From Desulfobacteraceae bacterium (GTDB lineage: Bacteria > Desulfobacterota > Desulfobacteria > Desulfobacterales > UBA2174): DNA of 64,000 nucleotides. The notes beneath the pieces were generated by a model, which saw only the letters and a program-made list of their open reading frames with translations, was not told the DNA's origin and made no database searches. Where the stretch lies: assembly GCA_011042305.1 (NCBI GenBank), contig DQXI01000012.1, positions 23,984 through 87,983 on the forward strand, read 5' to 3'. Below, piece after piece: positions 38,990 through 49,581 of this stretch. Position 1 is the stretch's first letter. Each line of letters starts with the position of its first letter. The position numbers were made by a program, and so were the translations under genes.

Positions 38990-40188
38990 TCCGTTGGCCC
39001 CTCCGTGCTCTCTGCTTCGTCGACGACGATACGGACCCGCTCTCCATGTCTCAGGCTCCCCTGGCCCTCCACCACCACCGGCACGCCGGGCTCCAGGCCC
39101 CGCACGGCCACGAAGCGGTCCTGGCGCATCCAGGTCTCCACGTTGACCTGTACCGCCCTGCCGTCCGCCACGACAAAAACGTAGTCGCTGCCGGTGCCCG
39201 GCAGGCGCAGGATGGCATCACGCTCCACCGCGATCACTTGCCGGGAGCCAAGATCGAGATTGACCCGGGCATACATGCCGGGCTGAAGCAAACCATCGGG
39301 GTTGTCCAAATGTACTTCGATGTCGGCCGAGCGGGTGGCAGGGCTCAGGGCCGCGTTCACCAGTGATACGGTCCCTTCGAAACGAAGCGTCGGGTGAGCG
39401 TCGATTCGCACCGTAGCGGGGAGACCGGGGTGAATGTCCGGCAGCTGGGCCTCGGTAACGAAAGCCGTCACCTTGACCCGGGAAATGTCGGCCAGCTTCA
39501 GCAGGGGGTGGGCAGTGCTGGAGAGGTTTCCGGGATCGAAAAACCGCCCCGTCACCACGGCATCCATGGGCGCTTCGATGCGGTGATCAGCCAAGGCCAA
39601 CGACAGCTGCTCGACCACCGCCCGGGCCTGTTCGGCCTGGAACCGGGCCGTGCTGCGGGCCGCCTCGGCGGCCTCGGTTTCTGCCACGATATGATCCCGT
39701 TGCCGCCGGGCCACGGCCTTCTCCTGGTACAGGGCCTCGAAGCGCTCGCGATCCTTTTGCAGCACCGCCAAGTTGGCGTCGATGCGTTTGATGTTGGCTT
39801 CGGCGGCCGCCAGGGCCGAACGCGCCCCCCTGAGTCGGGCGCGCACGGTGGCCTCGTCCAGTTGCACCAACGTCTGCCCCGCCGTCACGACGTCTCCCGT
39901 CTGCACGGCAACCGCTTCGATGCGCTGACCGGGGACCTTGGGAAATACCAGCACTTCGCTCCAGGGCCGCACCTCTCCGGTGAGCTCGAGCCGTTGGGCC
40001 ATCTCCATCTGCCGGGCCGGCGATACCCGCACCGGCCGAATCTTTTCGACTTCGGCCCGCTCTTGCGTCCGGTCCCTGAACCGGCAGAGGTTGAAGCCGG
40101 CAAAGGCGAGAAATCCAACCACCGCCAATGCGGCGATAGCCATTCCGGTGCGCTTTGGGCGGGCGTTGGCGCTATCGTTGCCGCTCAT
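38986..40188 (-). CDS. RND efflux periplasmic adaptor (membrane fusion protein)
   Basis: HlyD/AcrA-like with an N-terminal anchor, a coiled-coil hairpin and beta-barrel segments. ATG 40188 (MSGND) is preferred over TTG 40203. Confidence 0.88.
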   Translation of the reverse strand: MSGNDSANARPKRTGMAIAALAVVGFLAFAGFNLCRFRDRTQERAEVEKIRPVRVSPARQMEMAQRLELTGEVRPWSEVLVFPKVPGQRIEAVAVQTGDVVTAGQTLVQLDEATVRARLRGARSALAAAEANIKRIDANLAVLQKDRERFEALYQEKAVARRQRDHIVAETEAAEAARSTARFQAEQARAVVEQLSLALADHRIEAPMDAVVTGRFFDPGNLSSTAHPLLKLADISRVKVTAFVTEAQLPDIHPGLPATVRIDAHPTLRFEGTVSLVNAALSPATRSADIEVHLDNPDGLLQPGMYARVNLDLGSRQVIAVERDAILRLPGTGSDYVFVVADGRAVQVNVETWMRQDRFVAVRGLEPGVPVVVEGQGSLRHGERVRIVVDEAESTEGPTE

Positions 40189-40199
40189 AACCCTTCCTT

Positions 40200-41582
40200 T
40201 CAAGATATTGCGCCGGTGGCGCCCACGGCACGCTCAAGTTCGGCCTCGGCCTTCAGGGCGGCGTAGCGAGCGGCGTGATAATTGGTATGCGCCTGGCTTC
40301 TGGCCAGCGTGGCATCGAGGACCTCGGTGGTAGTAGCCATCTGTTGCCGGTAACGCAGGCGGGTGATGCGCAGGTTCTCTTCGGCCTGCTCCAGGGCGGT
40401 TCGCGCCGTTTCAATGTTGACCAGGGCCACCGAGAGTTTTACCGCGGCGTCCTTGACTTCCAGGCGGATGCTGTCGCGCACCCCGTCGGCCTTGGCGGCC
40501 AGGGCTTCGTAGTCGCGCCGCTGCTTGGCCACCTCGGCCCGGGTCTTGCCCCACTCGAAGAAGGTCCATTCGGCCTGGAGGGCCACCGTGGTGTTGTAGC
40601 TGTTGCGAAAATCATTTTCGCTGGCCCGCCAATCGTCTCCCTCCTGCTCGTAGCGGCCCACCAGGGCCACGGTGGGATAGTAGCGACTGGCCGCCAGGCG
40701 GGCCGCCGCCTCCAGTTGGGCCAGGGAGAGATCGAGCCTTTGCAGCTCCGGCCGAAGGTTTTCCGCCCGGTTGATGAGGCGATCCAGGGGTGGGGGCGCC
40801 GACGGCAGGGCAACCTTCTCCACCAGCGTCACCGGCGTTTGCAATTGCCTGCCGATGACGGTGTTGAAAGCCGCGCAGGCCATCTCGACGGCGGCTTCGG
40901 CACGGGTCCGTTGCTGGACGGCGTCCGCCAGAGCCACCTCGCTCTGGAGCAGATCGTTGTAAGCGATGAGCCCCTGCCCGTAGAACTGCCGTGCGTCGGC
41001 GGCATGGGCGGCCAGGGTGGCTTCGGCTTCCCGGGCGGTGGCGAGCATCTTGCGGGCCATCAGCACGTCAAAAAAAGCCAGTTTGGCTTGCTTGACCACA
41101 TCCGCCACCGCCTGTTCCTCCTGCAGGGCGGCGATGTCAATGCCCAGCTCTGCCATTCGTACCCGGGTGGTGAGGGCGAAGCCGGTGAACAGCGGCTGCG
41201 TCAAGCTCGCTTCCCAGCGAAAGTTGTCCCGCGACCCGGTGGGCGCCTCGACACGTTCGCTGCCGGTAACCACATAAAACGGCGCTACGCGGGAATCCGG
41301 ACCAACCGTTGTGCGCGTAAAATACATAAACGGCGTCTCTTTGAGATGGGCGTAGCCGTAAGCCGCCGACGCCTTGGGAAACAGGTCCGCCCGGGTGGCG
41401 CGGTAGGCTTCCACGGCCGCCCGGCTGCGGGCCGTCGCCTCGCGGATCAGGGCATTGTTGGCCTTGGCCATCTCCACGGCCTGATCGATGGTGAGCCGCT
41501 GGTTGTCATCGGCCGCTGCTGTACCGGCCAAGCCGATCCAGACCGCGGCGGCCAGCAGCCATACTCGTTTTTTGACCCTCAT
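40200..41582 (-). CDS. TolC-family outer membrane efflux protein
   Basis: Start at ATG 41582 (MRVKKRVWLLAAAVWIGLAGTAAA signal peptide). Two OEP repeats. Confidence 0.9.
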   Translation of the reverse strand: MRVKKRVWLLAAAVWIGLAGTAAADDNQRLTIDQAVEMAKANNALIREATARSRAAVEAYRATRADLFPKASAAYGYAHLKETPFMYFTRTTVGPDSRVAPFYVVTGSERVEAPTGSRDNFRWEASLTQPLFTGFALTTRVRMAELGIDIAALQEEQAVADVVKQAKLAFFDVLMARKMLATAREAEATLAAHAADARQFYGQGLIAYNDLLQSEVALADAVQQRTRAEAAVEMACAAFNTVIGRQLQTPVTLVEKVALPSAPPPLDRLINRAENLRPELQRLDLSLAQLEAAARLAASRYYPTVALVGRYEQEGDDWRASENDFRNSYNTTVALQAEWTFFEWGKTRAEVAKQRRDYEALAAKADGVRDSIRLEVKDAAVKLSVALVNIETARTALEQAEENLRITRLRYRQQMATTTEVLDATLARSQAHTNYHAARYAALKAEAELERAVGATGAIS

Positions 41583-41687
41583 GGTCTCCCCCTGAAAAAA
41601 TTGAAGCCAATTTCGTGAACAAAGGTTCATATGTCCGAGAAAAAAAACTGTCAATATTTTTGGCCGCACTGTCTTAATCGATGCGTC

Positions 41688-41716
41688 TTGAAGGTCCTCC
41701 CTTCCGATGCTATGGT
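41688..41716 (+). promoter_or_regulatory. Sigma-70-type promoter upstream of asnS
   Basis: TTGAAG (41688-41693), 17-nt spacer, TATGGT (41711-41716). Confidence 0.45.
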
Positions 41717-41793
41717 GCGCCTCAATCGCCGGTAACGGTTCGGGAGGTCTTTCAAGCGGCGTTTTTAAAACCAGACACAGAAAGAGACGGCAG

Positions 41794-43167
41794 ATGCAAC
41801 GCACCAAGATCATCGACTTGCTTGGCAGCGATACCCCGCGTCGCCAGGTGCTGGTCAACGGTTGGCTCCGCACCCGGCGCGACAGTAAGACGTTTTCATT
41901 CCTCGAAGTCAACGACGGCTCCTGCCTGGCCAACCTTCAGGTGGTGGCCAACGACACCCTGCCCAACTACGAGGAGCTGCGCAAGCTGACCACCGGTTCG
42001 GCCCTGGCGGTTGCCGGCGACCTGGTGGCTTCCGGCGGCAAGGGACAGCGCTGGGAAGTGACGGCCTCGGCGGTTGACATTCTCAGCGTGGCCCCGGAGA
42101 CGTATCCGTTGCAGAAAAAGCGCCACAGCGACGAATACCTGCGCTCCATCGCCCACCTGCGGCCGCGCACCAACAAGTACGGGGCCCTGTTTCGCATCCG
42201 CGCCGACACCGCCTGGGCCATTCATCGCTTTTTTCGCCAGCGCGGCTTTCGCTGGCTCCATTCTCCCATCATTACAGCTTCGGACTGCGAGGGCGCCGGA
42301 GAACTGTTTCGCGTCACCACTCTGCCGCCCGGCGATAATGGCGGAAGCGATCCTTTTTCGAAGGATTTTTTCGGCGCCCGGGCCAACCTGACGGTGTCCG
42401 GGCAGCTCGCCGCCGAGATGCTGGCCTTGGCCCTGGGGGACGTATACACCTTCGGACCCACCTTCCGGGCGGAAAATTCCAACACCCGCCGCCACGCAGC
42501 CGAGTTCTGGATGGTGGAGCCTGAGATGGCCTTCTGCGACCTGTCGGGCAACATGGACCTCGGCGAAGCCCTGATCAAGGAAATGTCCCGCTTCGTGATG
42601 GAGGAATGCGCCGCAGACCTGGAGCTTTTTTCCCGTTTCGTGGACCCGGGGTTGAAATCCACTCTGGCGGGGACCATCGAAAAGCCCTTTGTTCGGATCC
42701 CTTACGTCGAAGCGGTGACGATTCTGCAACGATCGGGCCAACGTTTTAGTTTTCCGGTGGAATATGGCAGCGACTTGCAGACCGAGCACGAACGCTACCT
42801 CACCGAGGTGCATTTCAAGGCCCCGGTGATCGTCTACGATTATCCCAAGCAAATCAAGCCGTTTTACATGCGCGTCAACAATGACGGACAAACGGTGGCC
42901 GCCATGGACGTGCTGGTGCCGGTGATCGGCGAGATCATCGGCGGCAGCCAACGCGAGGAGCGTCTCGATGTGCTCGAAGCGCGGATGCAGGAGTGTAACA
43001 TCGACCCGTCGGCCTATGAATGGTACCTGGATTCACGCCGCTACGGCTCGGTGATCCACAGCGGCTTCGGCATGGGATTCGAACGACTGCTGATGATGCT
43101 CACCGGGGTGGCCAACATCCGCGATGTGATCCCCTTTCCTCGCACGCCGGGGAATATCGCCTTCTGA
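41794..43167 (+). CDS. asnS: Asparagine--tRNA ligase
   Basis: Class II motifs. FRAENSNTRRHAAEFWMVEPEMAF is diagnostic for AsnRS. Start at ATG 41794 (MQRTKIIDL). Confidence 0.93.
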   Translation: MQRTKIIDLLGSDTPRRQVLVNGWLRTRRDSKTFSFLEVNDGSCLANLQVVANDTLPNYEELRKLTTGSALAVAGDLVASGGKGQRWEVTASAVDILSVAPETYPLQKKRHSDEYLRSIAHLRPRTNKYGALFRIRADTAWAIHRFFRQRGFRWLHSPIITASDCEGAGELFRVTTLPPGDNGGSDPFSKDFFGARANLTVSGQLAAEMLALALGDVYTFGPTFRAENSNTRRHAAEFWMVEPEMAFCDLSGNMDLGEALIKEMSRFVMEECAADLELFSRFVDPGLKSTLAGTIEKPFVRIPYVEAVTILQRSGQRFSFPVEYGSDLQTEHERYLTEVHFKAPVIVYDYPKQIKPFYMRVNNDGQTVAAMDVLVPVIGEIIGGSQREERLDVLEARMQECNIDPSAYEWYLDSRRYGSVIHSGFGMGFERLLMMLTGVANIRDVIPFPRTPGNIAF

Positions 43168-43188
43168 GGCCCCCATACCACCTGCCCC

Positions 43189-43217
43189 TTGACACCGGCG
43201 CTGCGGCTGGATATGGT
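43189..43217 (+). promoter_or_regulatory. Orphan sigma-70-type promoter in the asnS/thyA-like convergent gap
   Basis: TTGACA (43189-43194), exactly 17 nt, TATGGT (43212-43217). No annotated gene lies downstream. Confidence 0.45.
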
Positions 43218-43223
43218 TAAAAC

Positions 43224-43453
43224 AATCATCGTCACCCAACCGCAAACACCAAAAATTAACCACCGGCCGTGCCGCGGGAGCTCGTACCGGTCACCGCTGG
43301 ACGCCAAGGGTTAAACTTGAAAAAAGAGGTTTGGGGTGACATGATCGGAACGTCTTGGGTGCACGTGCATCTCGTGTAAAAACGGCACCAAAAAGATGTT
43401 CCACCCGTAAAAAGGCAGGAGTCGCCCCCCTCGCGACGCCTGCCTTTATTATT
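43224..43453 (+). ncRNA. Candidate small structured RNA (or leader carrying a 12-codon ORF at 43341..43379)
   Basis: Bounded by the promoter above and the terminator at 43413-43453. A long-range 12-bp helix with one bulge pairs 43225-43237 with 43334-43345. Inner helices are TTAACC/GGTTAA and ACCGG/CCGGT. Confidence 0.3.
43413..43453. terminator. Bidirectional rho-independent terminator
   Basis: Stem AGGCAGG-GTCGC / GCGAC-CCTGCCT. It is flanked by AAAAA upstream and TTTATTATT downstream, so it has a U-tract on both strands. Confidence 0.6.
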
Positions 43454-43561
43454 CGAGCCGCTGAACACGGATTCCTGTTCAGGGTGAGAAACGCCGGAAG
43501 AAGGCCTGACATATCCGGGATTCTTCCACCGTCTTCATCCCGGCCGGCATTTCAACAAAAC

Positions 43562-44365
43562 TCACTCCCGCAGACAACGCAGCCTGGCCAAGTTTTCGGC
43601 GTACCCGTACAGGTGCAACCCCTTGCTCTCCACGACCATTTCCCCGTCAGCCACCCCGATCTGGTCGGCCATGTATTCCTTCAGGTTCTGAATCCCCGCT
43701 AAGTTGGCAGGCATCCCCCCCCACAAGTCCCAAGAGCGGAAATAGACGAAAAAGTGCAGGGCGTTGTCCTGGATGCGGGTGTCGATGTGACGAAGGCAGG
43801 GCGGATCCACCAACACCAGGTCGCTGGGATGGGCCACCTGGAGCACCATCTGGTTGTTGCGGCCGCCGAATCGCTTGTAAGTATCGATGACCCACTCGAT
43901 CTGGTTGAGATAAAGCCGACCGTTTTCCTCGAAGACGATGCGCCCATCCACATCGCGGATATCAACGATCTCGCGCTGACCGTCGTTCCACCAAGCGAGT
44001 TTTTCTCCGTTTAGCGGGGCCTTTGTCAGCCGCTCGCCATAGGTGTAGGATTCTCCCGGCGCCTTTTCTCCGGTCATCAAGTACTCAATGTAGGACCGCT
44101 CGTAACCAGGCCCGCCATAGATGTAGGCCTCTTCCACCGGGTTGGGGATGCCGCAGGCGGGCGGGATATCCGGCAAAAGGGGCCGGGTGCCGGGAAATTT
44201 CACCCGGCCGGTGAAATAGTCGTACTCCAGGCGCGTCTGGCCGGCGTAGGAGCCCCGGTCGATGACGAAGCGCCGGCCGTGGTCGAGAATATCGTAGACG
44301 GCCTGAAACCATAGGTCCGGCAGATCCCGGGCCTCCAGCCGATGCAGCGAGAGTTGGTTTGGCAT
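43562..44365 (-). CDS. thyA: Divergent thymidylate synthase (ThyA family, archaeal/methanogen-like type)
   Basis: Catalytic Cys in DPPCLRH, the RSWDLWGGMPAN motif (RSxDxxxGxPxN), HLYGY, YTYGERL and an N-terminal DRGSYAGQT loop. It lies 31 nt downstream of gyrB on the same strand. Confidence 0.72.
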   Translation of the reverse strand: MPNQLSLHRLEARDLPDLWFQAVYDILDHGRRFVIDRGSYAGQTRLEYDYFTGRVKFPGTRPLLPDIPPACGIPNPVEEAYIYGGPGYERSYIEYLMTGEKAPGESYTYGERLTKAPLNGEKLAWWNDGQREIVDIRDVDGRIVFEENGRLYLNQIEWVIDTYKRFGGRNNQMVLQVAHPSDLVLVDPPCLRHIDTRIQDNALHFFVYFRSWDLWGGMPANLAGIQNLKEYMADQIGVADGEMVVESKGLHLYGYAENLARLRCLRE

Positions 44366-44396
44366 GAAAAGGCTTTCCTAAAACGTTTCGAAACCA

Positions 44397-47938
<3,542 letters not shown>

Positions 47939-48178
47939 GACGGCACCCCTTTCTTCCTTTTCTAAATCAAATAATAAAAATAGTTAGGAAAGGCTGTGCA
48001 TATCGTTAATAACTTTATAGTTATCTGATTTTTAAGAAAAAATTACATATCCAGACTGTTAAAAAATTGTTAGCGTTCCGCTTATTCGATCCACAGTTAT
48101 CGTCCGTGCGGTTTCTTTTTGTTGATAAACGGGTGGGTTATCAACAAGCTTTGCACCGGTTTTCGACATAGGCGGGGT
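47939..48178. other. Putative oriC / DnaA-box cluster and AT-rich unwinding region upstream of dnaN
   Basis: This is the most AT-rich stretch I noticed in the window. DnaA-box-like 9-mers (consensus TTATCCACA): TGTTGATAA 48119-48127 and TTATCAACA 48137-48145 (8/9 each, a perfect inverted pair); CGATCCACA 48086-48094 (7/9); ATATCCAGA 48043-48051 (7/9); TGTGCATAT 47994-48002 (7/9). A/T tracts lie at 47960-47985 and 48025-48070. Confidence 0.45.
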
Positions 48179-48712
48179 TCAGCCCTCTTTGGTGCTGATC
48201 CAGACCTGGATAGCCGGCAGCACCGCCGACTGCCACCGGGGATCCAGGCGCTGCTCGAGGAAGTGGCTAAACAGGGACTGCACCAGGTCCGTCACTCGGC
48301 GGTAGAGATGATATTTTTCGATGGCGGCTCCCTCGATGTCTTCGCTGGTTTCCACCCGTCCGGTCTTGGGCGTCTTTACCGAGGAAGGATCCAGGGTTTC
48401 TCCCTTGATGCTGAAGTGCCAGCTCTCGTTCCCGGAGCGGTAGATCAGGCTCATCTCGGCCACCAGGGCGCCCTTGCGCAGGGCCAATATGCCTTCTTCC
48501 ATGCCGGCGGAGTCGCCGCGGATGGTCACCGTCTCGGTGCTCTGCTGGTTCTTGTTGTGCAGCACGAGACGATTGCCGATCTCCAGGGCTGCCATCTCGG
48601 GATCGATGCGCCGCAAGGTGTCCGGTTGATTCTCCACGGCGTACCAGAGCCAGGTGAGAAACTCTTTTCCCAAGAAATCGAAGCGCTTTAGCGCGTAGGC
48701 GATATCCATCAT
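48179..48712 (-). CDS. RdgC-like protein, C-terminal-part homolog
   Basis: 177 aa from ATG 48712 (MMDIAYALKRF...). By eye it resembles the last third of E. coli RdgC (FLTWLW, VTIRGD..., ALRKGALVAEMSL). The start overlaps the stop of the upstream RdgC N-part gene. Confidence 0.6.
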   Translation of the reverse strand: MMDIAYALKRFDFLGKEFLTWLWYAVENQPDTLRRIDPEMAALEIGNRLVLHNKNQQSTETVTIRGDSAGMEEGILALRKGALVAEMSLIYRSGNESWHFSIKGETLDPSSVKTPKTGRVETSEDIEGAAIEKYHLYRRVTDLVQSLFSHFLEQRLDPRWQSAVLPAIQVWISTKEG

Positions 48713-49335
48713 GATCCGTCTCGCTTGGCAAACGAACTGGGCGTCAGCTTGTTGAGCAAATCGCGCCGGGCATCGGTGAGCCCGGGGTGAAACGCGGCCA
48801 TAGTGTAGGGGAAAAGACGCACCAGGGAGAGGTTGAAGGACTTGGCAAAGAGGGATTCCAAAGCTTCGCCCACCGCCTTCTGGGTGGAAAAAAGCCACAG
48901 CTCGTTTTCCGGGTAAGCCCAAAGAATGTCATGAACACTTGGCGCAGCAGGAATTCTCAACGCCAGCACGTTGAGTACATGCTCCTTGAGCATTTTTTTT
49001 TCACTGCGCGACAAGAAGTCACGGCCTGTTTCCGCCTTGCGCTTGACCGAGGCCTCGGCCAAGTGCTTCTGGATCACCTTGGCAGGAATCGTTTTCTTAT
49101 CGATGCGCAGGGCGAAGAGGAAAAAATCGGCAATAGCAAAATTGCCATCCTCGAACGACGGCGCGTAAGGGCGATCCACGCAGGTCCAACCGATGGCGCG
49201 TTCCTCGGCCTGCTGGTCGATATCGCGGATGGCATAGCGCTTGAGCCCCTCGCGCACCGTTTCCAGCAGGGACCCGTCGGTTTGTCCCTCGACCCGGTAG
49301 CGGCTGATGGCCGCACTCGAACTAAAAAATCCCAT
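48709..49335 (-). CDS. rdgC: RdgC-like recombination-associated protein, N-terminal-part homolog
   Basis: 208 aa. It aligns by eye with RdgC residues 1 to about 190 (IGWTCVDRPY vs MGWVPPMGSH; KKTIPAKVIQKHL vs EKILPSPVIKQAL; SEKKMLKEHVLNVLALR vs TEKDSLKDEVLHSLLPR). Confidence 0.7.
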   Translation of the reverse strand: MGFFSSSAAISRYRVEGQTDGSLLETVREGLKRYAIRDIDQQAEERAIGWTCVDRPYAPSFEDGNFAIADFFLFALRIDKKTIPAKVIQKHLAEASVKRKAETGRDFLSRSEKKMLKEHVLNVLALRIPAAPSVHDILWAYPENELWLFSTQKAVGEALESLFAKSFNLSLVRLFPYTMAAFHPGLTDARRDLLNKLTPSSFAKRDGS

Positions 49336-49385
49336 TGGTCAAAAAGCTTTCTCCGCGGCGAACCTCCGTCGCGGCATCCAGGTAT

Positions 49386-49414
49386 TTGAAACCCCAAAAG
49401 AATCTTTATATACT
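49386..49414 (+). promoter_or_regulatory. Sigma-70-type promoter of the EndoQ-UvrD/HEAT unit
   Basis: TTGAAA (49386-49391), 17-nt spacer, TATACT (49409-49414). An approximately 165-nt leader contains the hairpin TTGCCCC/GGGGCAA at 49501-49519. Confidence 0.5.
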
Positions 49415-49581
49415 TCTTATTGTCTAAAATCTCAAGGAAAATTAGAAACTTTCCCCTTTCGTTGCTCCCATCGGGGTTTAGCGGTATAACCAAGGTGGTT
49501 TTGCCCCTGCCCGGGGCAACGGAAGCGGTTCAAACGATCCGGCCCTGGGTTAAAACTGTATCTGTCTTAATCCAATAGGTA

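Noticed and set aside
48700-48720. Programmed frameshift or recoding joining the two RdgC-like ORFs.
   Set aside because: There is no slippery heptamer or downstream structure at the junction. The flanking ~30-40 residues of each ORF do not merge into a canonical RdgC sequence. A two-gene arrangement or an assembly error are simpler explanations.
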